Positions 1-14,721 of a DNA stretch of 64,000 nucleotides are shown one piece after another. Numbering within the stretch: position 1 is the stretch's first letter; the number at the start of each line of letters is the position of its first letter. The translations under genes and the position numbers were made by a program. Under the pieces are notes generated by a model. That model made no database searches and was not told where the DNA came from. It saw only the letters and a program-made list of their open reading frames with translations. Source of the stretch: the human T2T-CHM13v2.0 reference genome, Homo sapiens; NCBI RefSeq assembly GCF_009914755.1, contig NC_060928.1, one strand, 5' to 3'.

Positions 1-1347
1 CATAAATAAAGACATGCAGACAAAAATATGTAAGCACAATAAAATTAAATAAGCTTGCATACAAATAGGGAGCATCCATTGTTATATATGTCACATCAAT
101 ATAGAACCACTTGATGTGATTTCTATATTTTAGTTCTTTTTTCATTTAAATTTAATGTTATTTTTCATATAATACATTTCTATGGCTCAAAAGAAAATTA
201 TATTAAAAATATTTATTGTAAAGTTAACTCTCCCCTCTTTCTGTATTAAGCCCCTCTCCCATAGTTAATCATTTTTCTTCCTCTTCAATGTATTTCTGTC
301 ATGTTTCTATTAACAAATTGTATTTGTGTTCCCTTAAATGTGATTAAAAGCCTTTTTAACTCATCTCATTTTTCTTAGCTTATTGTGATAATTTCCTATC
401 CCTTTAATGTTTTATTGCATGGATAATGTGGCACTGTTTTCCCTATGTAAATTTGCCTTTTCTCATATAAATCACATCCACTTTGATTAGTCCTGTGATA
501 CAGATTTTCTTTGAGATTCCTCTTTATTGTCATGAGTGTACATTTTCTAACTTGGGGGCAGGGGAATCAACTTTCTTTAAGTTTAAAACATAAAAAATTA
601 TAATGGGCATCATTTTTTATCAAAATATCAACTTGATTACAGAAATAACCTAGACTGTAGCTTTTATTTGCAATCATACTTAGATAACAGTGTTTTCTCT
701 GATAAAAGAATTTACCTAGTTAGGCACAGAGACAGTAGATAAAAAAAAAAAAAAATTAAGACTCATGTCCAAGACACTACTCCAGTAGGCCTAACTCAAT
801 AAGGACAGCCAAGGACTTCCAAGTTGAAGAACAAATGATTATATATTACACTGAGAGGCATTCATCTGAATTCTTCTGTGGTACTGATTATCTTTAACTG
901 CTATTGCCATGAATTATCATTTCAGGCTAAAAGACTCAGACCATCAGCAATAGTGTGCTAAAAGCAAGTATGGTTTTCAAACAAATCATGTCCATGTTTT
1001 TAAAATGTTTTAGCAAAAGCTGAGTGATCCTTCACTTGAAGATGAATAGGTAAAGCAGCCAGGTAGAAAATAAATAAATAAATGAAACTGATTCCAAAAT
1101 AGTAGCTTAGAAGGGATTTGGCTAAGGTCATCCTCCCTCACAGAAAACCAAAACCAAATAAACACAGGGAGATTATCACCAGCAAAATCCCCAAACTCAA
1201 ATATGAGAAGGAAACTGTTTCTGGGGCCACAGAACATTGAAAACAGTCCAAGCATATGGTAAGAGAATTGGACTTCCATATATTTGATATCTCTATCCCC
1301 AATCTGTCCAGGACTAAGCTCATAGAAAATATTCCCTTGAGTCATAG

Positions 1348-1644
<297 letters not shown>

Positions 1645-4600
1645 AAATCATAGTTTCTAAACTGGGAAAAGTGAGATGGAGGTGGACAACCAGCTTACCC
1701 ACCTTCTTGGGTTTCCTGGCAGGAGACTTGTGCCTTCTTTAACTCATGGGAAGTATTGTGACTGCCTGATGGGAGAAATCTTCCTCAGGACAGCTATAGA
1801 CAATGGGGGTAAGTGGGACTACCATCACCAGCCTTGGAAACTACGCTATAACTCAGCCAAAGGAGATGCCAAATCAGAGTGGCTGTTTGGCAGCACCTCA
1901 CTATACGAAGTACATTCCACTGGCCTCCTGGGCACAAATCCCTAGCTAGCCTTCCCATACTGCATGATATAGCCTTTGGAACTTCCCCAATTCAAGATGG
2001 GCAGTACTTTGGTTATTCACTAGAGCCAAGGCAAATCTGTGCTTAAGGAACCATCTAGTGCCAAAAGAAAAGCAACAACTTGGATACAACACTACAATAA
2101 CCAGGGAAATCACAAAGAATTTTTAAACAAAAATATCCAAGGAAAGTGAAAACAAGCTGAACAGAAAAGACTGGAATGAATAACTTATTTTTCAAGGCAA
2201 ATACATAGATGTACATCCGCAAGAAACAACAGCAAACAGGGAATCATGACCTCGCAGATGGACAAAGCAAGGAACAAGTGACTGACTCTAATGAGACAGT
2301 TCTATGTGAGCTCTCTGAACAAGAATCCAGAATAGCAGTTGTAAGGAAACTCAGTCATCTCCAAAATAACAAAGAAAATCACATCAGAAAATTTTTGGAG
2401 AAATGTAATACAGAGATTTAAATAATGATTAAACATTCAACTGAAATTTTAGAACTGAAAAATATATTGCTGAACTGAAAAACTCTTTAGAGGCTCTTAA
2501 CAACAGAATGGATCAAGCAGAGGAAATAATCGTTGAGCCCCAAAACAAGCTATTTGAAAATATACAGTCGAGGAGAAAAAAGAAAAAAGAATAATAAGGA
2601 ACAAATATTACCTACAAGATACAGAAATTTACATCAAAAGATCAAATCTAAGAATTATTAGTGTTCAAAAGAGAGTTGAGTGAGAGCAAGGAGTAGAAGG
2701 CTTGTTAAAATAAGTAATAAGAAAATTTTCCAGAACTTGAGACAGATACAAATATCCAGGTATAGGAAGGTCAGAGAACACCAAACAGATGTAACCCCAA
2801 TAAGATGACCAGAAAGCATGCAATAATCAAGTTATCAAAGGTTAAATACAGCATCCTAAAAGCAACAAGAGAAAAGAAGAAAATAACGTATAAAGGAGTT
2901 CCAATATACCTGGCAACAGACTTCTCAACAGAAACCGAATGGGCCAGGAGGAAGTGAGATAATATTTTCAAAGTGGTGAAAATCATTGCCACCCAAGAAT
3001 ACTGCATCTAGCAAAACTATCTTTAAAATATGAAAAATAAATAAAGTATTTCCCAAAGAAAGAGGAGATAATTCACCAGTATCAGACTTATCTTACATGA
3101 AATACTAAAGGGAGTTCATCAGTCTGAAAGAAAAAACAAAAAACAAAAACAAAAATAAACACTAATGTGTAAAAGAAAACATTTGAAGATATAAAACCTA
3201 CTGGTAAAAGAAAGTACACAGACAAGCCCAAAATACTCTGATACTATAACTGTGGTGTGCAATCAGTGCATAAATGTAGCATAAGGTCTAAAAGATAAAT
3301 CTATTAAAACAATAATAGCTGTAGCAACTTGTTAAGAGATAGGCATTATAAAAATATATAATTTGAGAGAACAAAAAATCAAAATGTGGAAGAGATAGTG
3401 ATGAAGTGTATGTAAAGTGGAATTTTAGTTTTTTCTTTCTTTGTTTCTATTTTTTTCTTTGTGATCTGAAAGAAATTGACAAGTCTTTAAAATAACTTGT
3501 GTACCTCTATTGTTGTAAATGTCATGGTAAACACATAAAAAGCAGTGAATTAAAACATACTACCAGAGAAAATCATCACTCATCCACAAAGAAAGACAGG
3601 AAAAAAGGAGGAGAGATATTAAAAAATGTTACAAATGAGCAACAAAATGGCAGTAGTAAGTCCTTACTTATCAATAATAACACTGAATGTAATGAATTCA
3701 ATTCTCCAATTAAAAGATAAAGTGGCTGAGTGGATAAATAAATATGATTGAACTATAGTTCATATATGCCACCTACAAGAAACCCAACTCACCTATAAAA
3801 GCACAAATAAACTGAAAGCGAAGGGGTTGAGATACCTCATGCAACTGGGAACCAAAAAAATAAAAAAGCAAGAGAAGTTACACATATCAGATAAAATAAA
3901 CTACAAATTGGATGATAAACAGAGACAAAGAAGGTCACTATACAATGAGGAAATGGGTCAATTTAGAAAGAGGTTATAACAATTATAAATAGGTATAAAC
4001 CCAACACCAGAGCTATGAAATATGTAAAGTAAACACTAATAGACATAAAGGGAGAGATAGACTGCAATACAGTAATGGTAGGGAATTTTAACACCTCACT
4101 GTCAGTAAAGGACAGATCATCTAGCCAAAAAATGACAAAGAAACAGCAGAGTTAAAGTACACGCTAGATCTAATAGACCTACATGACATTTACAGAATAT
4201 TTTACCAAATTACTGTAGAATACATATTTTTTCATCAGCACATAAAACATTCTCCAGAATAGACCATATCTTAGGCAACAGAACAAGTCTTAGCTAATTC
4301 TTTAAAGTAGAAATCTTATCAGCTATCTTGTCTGACCACAAAGGAATACAATTAAAAATCAACATGAAGAGGAACATTGGGAACAACACAAACTCATGGA
4401 AATCAAAGAATAACTTCCTGAATAACCAATAGGTCAATGAGAAAATTAAGAAATAAATCAAAAATGTCTTAAAACAAATGAAAATAGAAATACAGCATAC
4501 CAAAATCAACAGGATACAGCAAAAACAGTACTAAAAATACTTCAAATAAACAACTTAATTATGCATCTCAAGAAACTAGAAAAGCAAGAACAAACCAAAC

Positions 4601-4692
4601 CTCAAATTAGAAGAATAAAGAAAATCATAAATATCAGAGCATAAATAAATAAAATTGAGACAAACTCTGCAGAATTTCCTTTGGAAAAAAAC

Positions 4693-4993
<301 letters not shown>

Positions 4994-7385
4994 AAAAACT
5001 TTTTTTTTTTAATGAAGATTAATCAAATTGACAAACTTTTAGGCTAAAAAATGAAAGAGAAAATATACAAATAAAATTGTAAACAAAAAATAAGACATAA
5101 CAATTGAGACTACAAAAGTAAAAGACAAATTAAAGGCTATCATGAAAAATTATAGGCCAACAACTTGCAAAACTTAGAAGAAATAGATAAAATTCAGGAC
5201 ACATGCAACCTATCAAGATTGAACCATGAAGAAATAGAAAACCTCAACAAACCAATAATGAGTAACAGGATAAAAACCATAATAAGAAGACTCCCATCAA
5301 AGAAAAGCCCAGGGCCTGATGGCTTCTCTTCTGAATTCTAACAAACAGTTAAAGAATAACTGACAATACTTCTACTCAAACTCTTCAAACTGATTAAAGA
5401 GGAATAAATACTTCCAAACTCACTCTATAAGGCTGTCTGTCCTCTGATTCCAAAACCACACAAGGACACAATAAAAACAGAAAAGTACAGCCAATATCTC
5501 CAATGAACATAAATGCAAAAACCAACAAGACACTAAGAAACCAAATTCAACAAAACATTAAAAAGATCAGTTACCATGATCAATTGGGATTGATCACAGA
5601 GATGCAAAAATGGTTCAACATATGCAAATGTGATACATCACATTAACAAAACCTACAACAGAAGCATATAATTATTTCAATAGATGCTTTAAAAATCTGT
5701 TAAAATTCAATATGTTTTATGATAAAACTACCAACAAAATGAGTATAGAAACAACATACTTCAAAGTAATAAAAGCTATATATGACAAACCCACCGCCAA
5801 CATTATACTGCATGGGGAAAAATGGAAAGCCTTTTCTCTAAGATCTGGAACAAGACTCTTTCAAGATTCCTACTCAACCTAATATCAGAAGTCCTAGCCA
5901 GACCAACTAGGCAAGAAAAAGAAATAAAAGGCATACATATTGGAAAGAAAGCATTCAAATTAGCTTTGTTCACAGGTGACATGATCTCATACTTGGAAAA
6001 ACCTAAAGACTCCACCAAAAAACTGTTATAATTGATAAACAAACTCGGAAAACTTACTGGTTACAAAATCAACATAGAAATATTAGTAGCATTTATATAT
6101 TTCAAAAACAATCTGAAAAAGAAAGAATTCTAATTCCATTTACAATAGTTACAAGGAATATAAAATACACAGGAGTCAAGTTAATCAGAGAAATCAAAGA
6201 CCGACAAAAGGAAAACTATACAACACTGATGAAAGACACTGAAGAGTACCCCAAAATGAAAAGATATTTCATGTTCATGACTCAGAAAATTAATATGGTT
6301 AAAATAACAATAGTACACAAAGTGATTCACAGATTCAGCATAATTCCTATAAAAAAACAATGACGTTATTCATAGAAATAGAAAAAAATCCTTACATATG
6401 TATGAAACCACAAAAGACCCCAAATAGCCAAAGCAATTCTGAGCAAAATGAACAGAAAAGAAGCAGTGTACTACCTGACTTCAAAATGTACTATAAGGGT
6501 ATGATAGCCAAATCAGAATAGTTCTGGCTTAATAGACACACAGGCCAATAGAACAGAATAGAGAACCCAGATATAAACACCTATATTTACAACCACCTCA
6601 TTTTCAACAAAGGTAACAAGAATATACAATGGAGAAAGGACAGTTTTTAATAAATGGTGCTGGGAAAACTAAACATCTATACACAGAAGAACGAAGCCAG
6701 ACCCTCTCTCTCTCTCTGCATATACAGAAATCAAATAAAAATGGATTAAAGACTTAAATCTAAGATTTGAACCTAAGAAACTACTAAATGAAAACATTGT
6801 GGAGATATTTCTGAACATTGGTCTTGGCAAAATATTTTTATGTAAGACCTCAAAACCACAGGCAACAAAAGCAAAAACTGACGAATAGGTTTACATCAAG
6901 GTAAAAATCTATACAGCAAAAGAAACAACAAAGTGAAGAGACAACTTGAAAAATGGGCAAAATATTTGCAAACTCTCCATCTGACAGAGGATTAATAATA
7001 GATAAGAAGTTCAAACAACTCAATAGGCCCAAACTAAATAATTCTATTTAAAAATGGGCAAAAGCCCTGAACAGACATTTCTCAAAAGAAGACAGATAAA
7101 TAGCCAACAGTATATGAAAAATGATCGCTAGTCATCACAGAATATCACTAGTCATCACAGAAATTCAAGTCAATGCCACAATGAGACACCATCTCACCTC
7201 AACTAAATTTTTTTTTTATTGAAAAGACAGGGAGTAAAGGATGTTGGTGAGGATGTGGAGGAAGGGAAACCCTTGTAAACTGTTGGTAGGAATGTAAATT
7301 AATACAGCCATTATGAAATAAAAATAGTATGGAGTTTCCCCAGAAAACAAAAATAAAAATAACCATATGATCCAGCATTTCCATC

Positions 7386-9592
7386 CATCACCTTCCACCA
7401 TAATTTTATGCTTCCTGAGGCCTCACCAGAAGATGTTAGTATCATGCTTCCTGTAAAGCCTGCAGAACTGTTAGTCAATTAAACCTCTTTTCTTTTTAAT
7501 TTATCTAGCCTCAGATATTTCTTTATAGCAATGCAAGAATGGCCTAACAGAGATTACTGTTACCGAGAATTGGGGCATTGCTATAACATATCTGAAAATG
7601 TGAAAGTGACTTTACAACTGAGTAATGAGCAGAGGTAAGAAGAGTCTGGAGTTCTCAGAAGAACGTAGGAAGATGAAGGAAAGTTTGGAACTTCTTAGAG
7701 ACATGTTAAGTAGTTGTGACCAAAATACTGATAGAAATATGGACAGTGAAGCCCAGGTTGACAAGGTCTCAGATGGAAATAAAAAAAGTTATTGAGAAAT
7801 AGAGTAAAGGTCACCCGTGTTACCCTCTAGCAACTGACGTGGATGTTTTGTGTACATGTCCTAGGATCTGTGGAAGATTGAACTTAAGAGTGATTATTTA
7901 GGGTATGTAGTGGAAGAAATTTCTAAACAGCAAAGCATTGAACAGGTGACCAGGCTACTTCTAACAGCCTATGATCAGATCCAGAAGCAAAGAAATTACT
8001 TAAGGTTAGAATTTATATTTAAAAGGGAAGCAGAGTGTAAAAATTTGGAAAATTCTCAGCCTAGCCATGTGGCCAAGAGGAAAAAATGCATCTTCAGGAG
8101 AGGAATGGAGCAGGCTGTGGAGCAACAATTTGCTAGAGATAGTCGGATGACTAAAAGGGACCCAAGTAGTACATCCAAGACAATAGGAAAAAGGCCTCAA
8201 TGGCATTTCAGAGATTTTGGAGACAGCCCCTCCCATGACAAGCCCAGAGACCTAAGGGATACAATGGTTTCTAGGTCCAGACCTGGGGCCCCATTCCCCT
8301 GTTCAGCCTTGGGACTCTGCTCCCCACATCCTGGTCGCTCCTGCTCCAGGTGCAGCTTAAAGGCCTGAGATACAGCTCCAGCCACTGTTCTGGAGGGTAC
8401 AAGTTATAAGCCTTAGTAACTTCCATGTGGTGTTAAGTCCACAGGCACACAGAATACAAGTGTGAAGGAAGCCTGGTGGCTTCTCCCTAGATTTCAGAGA
8501 ATGCCTGGGAAAGCCTGGGTGTCTAGGCAGAAGCCTGCTGCAGAAGCACAGCCCTCACAGTGAACATCTATTAGGGCAGTGCAGAGGGGAACTGTGGGGT
8601 TGGAGCCCTCACAGAGCCCCACCAGGGCATTACCTGCTGAAGCTGTGGCCAGACCCCCAGAATGGTAGAGCCAGGAGCAGCTTGCCTCTTGACCTGGAAA
8701 AGCTGCAGACATACAACTCCAAGGTGTGAGAGCAGCCATGGGGGCTGTAGCCTGCAAAGCCACAGGGGCAGAGCTGCCCAAGGCTTTGAGAGCCCACCCC
8801 TTGCACCATTGTGCCCTGGATGTAGGACATGGAGTCAACAGAGATTATTTTGGAGGTTTTATGATTAATGTCTACCCTACCAGCTTTCAGACTTGTGTGG
8901 GGCCTGTACCCCTTTCTATGGCCAATTTCTCCCTTGTAGAAAGGGAGCATTTACCCAATGCCTGTACCATCATTTTATTGTGGAAGTAAATAATTTGTTT
9001 TGATTTTACAGACTAATAGGTGGAAAGAGATGAGTCTCAGATGAGATGAGATTTACGACTTTGAACCTGATGTTGGAACAAGCTAAGACTTTGTTAGAAC
9101 TGTTGGAAAGAGATTGTTGCATTTTGTAATGTGACAAGAACATGAGATATGAGGAATCAAAGGTGGAATAATATGGTATGGATGTTTGTCTCCTCCAAAT
9201 CTCTTGTTGAAATGTAATTCCCAATGTTGGAGGTGGGGCCTAGTGGGAGATATTGGATCACAGGGGCAGATCCCTCTTGAATGGCTTAGCACCATCCCCT
9301 TGATGATGAGTGACTTCTCACTCAGTTAATTCATGTGAGATTTGGTTCTTTAAGAGTCTGAGACATCTTCTTTCTCTATCTTGCTCCTGTTCTCACCATG
9401 TGACATATTGGCTCCCCGTTGTCTTCTGCCACGATTGTATGTATGCTTCACAAAGCATGCCTCACCAGAAGCAAATGCCAGCATCATGCTTCCTGTAAAG
9501 CCTCCAGAACCATGAGCCAAAATAAATCTCTTTTCTTTGTAAATTACCTAGTCTCAGGTATTTCTTTATACCAATGCAAGAAGCCTAACACA
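7386..9592 (+). mobile_element. MaLR MST element (MSTB-like): 5'-truncated 5' LTR (7386-7551), internal region (7552-9168), complete 3' LTR (9169-9592)
   Basis: Both LTR copies share CATGCTTCCTGTAAAGCCT..CAGAAC and TTTCTTTATA..AATGCAAGAA..CCTAACA; 3' LTR starts TAATATGGTATGGATGTTTGTC; internal sequence typical of MST/THE1-int. Confidence 0.92.
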
Positions 9593-10219
9593 GTGACATT
9601 ATATACCTTGATGTTATATTTACCAAAACAATATCTACTATATGCATATCTATCTACTGATCTATAAAATACCCACTAGGTAAAAAGATATAAAGCTTAC
9701 ATTCCTTTCTTATTTTCTTCCTTCCTTTTGTTTTTTTTTTATGTATTTCTATATTTAACAAATGTTAATTGGGCTACTATTACATCCATGGGATTGTTCA
9801 TGTAACTGTATTCAGGGTCCTGGTTCTTAAGGGCGCATATTGTAGAATAAACTTGTATTCTAGTGATTTGTATGCAGTAAAAATTTATAGAACTGAAATA
9901 ATAATTTACAAATTTTTGAATATGTTTACAAAAATACACATTTTAATGAATTTGAGGGGTAAAATGTATTACAATTAGCCTGAAAGAATCAATGAATAAA
10001 AACAAGCATGCAAAAAACAGATGTGTTTAGCTATGTTAATAACAATTACTTATCAGAAATAGATTTTGGGGGATTTTTATCTTCATTTGGAAATGGCATG
10101 CCACTCAAAAATAAATGTTTTAACTACTATATTTAATTGTCCATTTACATGAATTTAGTTAGAAAAATCACATATTCCAGTAAATTAATCTTTTGACTAG
10201 CTTTAAGAAATTCTGAAAT

Positions 10220-10475
10220 TTCTCCTTCTACTGCCTTCCTGTTCTCCTGTTCCCCATTCCCCTCCTCCCCGTCTCCTTCTTTCTCCTACTCCCTTCTTCT
10301 CCACTTTCTTTTTCTGTTGTTTTTGCTTCAGCTCCACTTGCTTCATCTAATGCTTCTCACCTATTTCTCAACTACTTCCCCTCCTGTCTTTATTTTCTTC
10401 TTTGTTTTCCTTCTCTTTCTCTTCCTTCCTTCATATTTTTCTCTTTTCTTTGTTCCTCCAGTCTCCACCTCTAAT
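10220..10475. repeat. Pyrimidine-rich (CT/CTT) low-complexity tract
   Basis: About 250 bp that is mostly C/T on the + strand. Confidence 0.85.
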
Positions 10476-11607
10476 TATTTATTTGAGAAACAATCATATT
10501 TGAATTAACAGAAAAAAAAATTGTTTATGTTTCTATGTCCTTCATTAGTGTGTTTTACTATGATCTTAGGAAAAAAATTGAAGACAGCATTTCAGGTCCC
10601 CAAAAGGTATTAATGTATATCCTAAGTTCAGAGTTTTCATTTTATCAACTCAGGCCTAAGGCAGTAATAAATCATCTCACAAATAGTACACTGAATAAAA
10701 GATAAGTACAAATATCCCTAGGATCAATTGCCTGGGGTTTTATCAATTGTAATATTAATATAACCTAACTGTAATGTCATTTATAATTAGGTTTAATTGC
10801 CTAAAAACATAACAAAACACAATAACGTGTATTTTTTAGCTTATATAATAAAAATTATGCAAGTTATTTGGCAAATACAGACTTTCAGCAGAAACTATTT
10901 GTTATTGAGGTTAGATAATAAGATAGCCATTTGAACTCCACATTGACAGTTTTAGATCACTGGAGCTTAAAAGGGTAAGCAATAGCTCAGTCAACTAGTA
11001 AATATCACTGGCATGGTGTTCCATTTGATTTTTAAAAATACTCCTTCTTCTCTTTCATTGTCTGGCTGCTGCATACTGGCTTTTTTTTTAATTTCACATT
11101 GACTCTGTTTAACTTAATTGACCATGCATAATTTTATTCTTATATTGGTAAAAATCTCTTTTATTGTATAATTGAAACTTAACCTTTACATGGTGCATTC
11201 ATGTTTTCTGCCTAATGTGAGAATAACTGAGACTGCTTAATATCATTGCTTGAAATTTTCACAAATCAGTTAATAGATTTTCTTATACTCTCATGATTTT
11301 CAAGTGTATGTCAGTTATTTTCAATAAAATGTATTTTAAAGTAATGGCATTGATATTATATCTAAAATAGCTTATATATTACTATCTAAACTCCAATTAC
11401 TTAGAGTATATCATAAATGAATACATATATACATATATCATCATTTTACTATAAAATATGCATGTATTCATGTACACATATTCATGAACACATCATGGCA
11501 CTTATATTTGCAGGTTAATAAATAATTACAAATTGAGTACCCATAAAACTTGATAGTAAAGAAATAAGAGTGTTACCAGTACTGGAGAATTCTCCTGTGT
11601 ATCCCTC

Positions 11608-11825
11608 TGCTATGGTTTGGCTCTGTGTTGCCACCCAAATTTCATGTTGAATTGAAATTCCCAGTGGGGCCTGGTGGGAGGTGATGGGATCATGGGGGTG
11701 GTTTCTAATGATTTAGCACCAGCCTTCTAGTGCTGTCTGGTGATAGAGTTCTCATGAGATATAGTTGTTTAAAAGAGTGTAGCACCTTCCCCTTTACTCT
11801 CTCTTTCCTGCCAGCCATATGAAGA
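11608..11825 (+). mobile_element. MSTA-like LTR, 5' half only
   Basis: Starts TGCTATGGTTTGGCTCTGTG..CACCCAAAT; similarity stops at CCATATGAAGA. Confidence 0.85.
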
Positions 11826-12067
11826 AATTGGAGGGAAGATACAGTGTTTATACTGGGTTAGCCTGTATAAAAAGGGAGTTTCATAAAAGAAAAAAAAAGA
11901 AGAGGAAGAATGGAAGAAAGAAACAGGAAGAATGAAAACAATAAACAGAAAGAATAGCCACACCAATATGGCACAAATAGGCAGGACCTACATGTCTGAT
12001 TTGGAAGATGTCTACTTTATCTAATACTCTAAATTTAAGCAGAAATTCCCCAGGTAAAAAAATGATG

Positions 12068-14721
12068 AAGGATAGAGCACAGTGGCTGAATAGAAGCCTC
12101 CAGTGAGGGTTCCCTCCTAAAACACCAAACTGAACAACTAGCCAAAGACAAAAAGCACCTTCATAAGAACTGAAAATCAGGCAAGCAATCACAGTACCTA
12201 GATGTTACATCATATCAAAGAAACAGTCAATGAAGAGGCTAGGAAAGTCAGTATTGAATAGTCTATGTCACTCCTCCCCTATCCTCAGCAGCAGCTACAT
12301 GGCAAGAGAATCTGCACTTCGGGGAGGAAGAGTACATTGACTGTAGGACTTTGCATTAGAACTCAGAGCTGCCCTGTCACAGCAGATAGCAACAGAGGGC
12401 AGAACTGACTTGGAAATCATGGGTGAAACATTTATACCAGCCCTAGCCAAAGGCAAAACACCCATCCCAGTGTTTGAACCCTGAGTTCTGGCAAGCCCTG
12501 CCACCGCAGGCTAAAGTGTTTTTGAGTCCTAAATAAACTTGAAATTCAGTCTAGGCCACAAAGACTGCAATTCCTGGGCAAATCCTGGTGCTGTGCTGGG
12601 CTTGGAGCCAGTGGACTTGGAGGGCACATAACCTAATGAGAAATCAGACAGGGCAGAGAAGGGAGTGTTTGCATTACCCTTCTCCCAACCCCAGGCAGTG
12701 CAGCTCACACCTGCAGGAGAGATTACATCATTCTCTTTGAGGAGAAGGGAAGGAAGAGTAAAGAGGACTTTGTCTTAAAACATAGATGCCAGTTCAGCAA
12801 CAGTAGGATAAGATGCCAGGCAGAATCCTGAGGCCCCCATTCCAAGCCCTAGGTTGCCAATGACATTTCTAGATACACTTTGGGCCAGAAAGGAAGCCAC
12901 TGCCTTGAAGGGAAGAACCCAGTCCTGGCAGGATTCATCATCTGCTGAGTATAATGCCTTGGATTCTGAATAATTAGTAGTGGTAGTCAGACAGTACTCT
13001 TCACAGGCCTTGGATGAGACTCAGAGCCATGCTGGCTTCAGATGTAACCCAGCACATTCCCTGCTGTAGTGACTATGGGGAGAGACTTCTACTTGACTAA
13101 AGGAGAAGAAAAAGTAAAGGGCACTTTGTCTTGCAGCTTAGGCACCAGCTCAGCCACAGGGGAAGAGAGTAAAAAGCAGCCTCCTGTGGTTCCCAATTCC
13201 AGGCTTTGACTCCTGGATGGCATTTCTAATTTCTAGACCTGCCCTAGGTAAGAGGGGAGCCCATTGCCCTGAAAGGAGAGAATCACGCCTGGAAGCATTA
13301 TCCACAATCTGACTGAGAAATCACTGGGCCTTGAGTGAACACAAGTGGTAGCCAGGTAGTACTTGTTGTGGGCCTGGGACGGTGGTGGCCAGGGAAGGAG
13401 ACACCTCTGTTTGAAGGAAGGGGAGGAAAGAGTGAGAAGGACTTCATCCTATGGCATCGGTGCCAGCTCAGCAGCAGCAGACCCAAGCATCAGGTCTACT
13501 CCGAAGGGTCCTGACTCCAGGCTTTGGATCTTAGATGGCATATCTTGGCCCACCTCGGACCAGAAGGATCTCAACACCCTGAAAGGAAAAACACAAGGCT
13601 GGCTGGATTTACCCCCTGCTAACTGTAGAGCCCTTGCACCTTAAGTAAACACAGGTGGTAACCAGGAAGTGGCCACCATGAACCTTGGGCAAGAAACAGT
13701 GCTGTGCTGCCTTTGGGTGTGACCCAGCACAGTCCCAGTGGTGGTGCTCACAAGGGTCCTCATGTCACTACTCCCCCAGCTCCACGAAGCTCAGCACACA
13801 CACAGAGAGAGACTTTTTTTTTTTTTTTTTTTTTTTTTGAGGGAAAGCCTGGAGGCAGAGATTCTTGTTCTCTTCCCTTACTTTCTCTCAAAAATTATCC
13901 AGGAATTCTCCTGGATCTTACCCAAGACTGCCAGGGCAAAATTCTCCAGGGAATTCTCCAGGATCTTACCCAAGACTACCAAGGCGGTGCATCTAAGAGT
14001 CTGCAAGAGCAACAGCATTATTGCGCTTGGGGTGCCCCCAGTGCAGACACGGCTACGGTGACCAAAGATGAAGATCACAACACACAGGTCTCGTCTAATG
14101 CCTGGAAAGCCTTCCCCAGAAGCACAAGTACAAACAAGCCCAGACTGCAAAGGCTACAATAAATCTCTAACTCTTCAATGCCCAGACACTGATGAACATG
14201 CACAAGCATCAAGACAGTCCAGGAAAACATAACTTTACCAAATCAACTAAACAAGAAAGGCACCATGGACCCAATTCTGGAGAGACAGATACGTGACCTT
14301 TCAGACAGAGAATTCAAAATAGCTGTTTTGAGGAAGCTCAAAGAAATTCAAGATAAAACAGAGAAGAAATTCAGAATCCTATCAGATAAATTCAACAAAG
14401 AGACTGAAATAATTAAAAAGAATCTAGCAGAAATTCTGGAGTTGAAAAAATACAATTAACACAATGAAGAATGCATCAGTGTTTCAATGGCAGAATATGT
14501 CAAGAAGAAGAAAGAATTACTGAGTTTGAAGACAGGTTGTTTGAAAATACACAGTCAGAGGAGACAAAGGAAAAATAATAAAAAAGACTGAAGCATGCCT
14601 ACAAGATCTAGAAAATAGTCTCAAAAAAGCATATCTAAAAGTTATTGTCCTTAAAGCAGAGGTAGAGAGATCCAAGTAGAAAGATAATTCAAAGGGATAT
14701 TAACAGGAAACTCCCCAAATT
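12068..14721 (+). mobile_element. L1 5' end (L1M1/L1MA1-2/L1PB-type 5'UTR with internal monomers) plus N-terminal ORF1; 3'-truncated
   Basis: TGGCTGAATAGAAGCCTCC..AAAAAGCACCTTCATAAGAAC start; ORF 14265-14459 DLSDREFKIAVLRKLKEIQDKTEKKFRILSDKFNKE is L1 ORF1p coiled-coil-like. Confidence 0.92.

Noticed and set aside
7910-8989. Cluster of 60-150 aa ORFs
   Set aside because: All lie within the MST internal region; decayed MaLR sequence, not a host gene
10317-10508. Hydrophobic 'membrane peptide' ORF
   Set aside because: Translation of a CT-rich low-complexity tract
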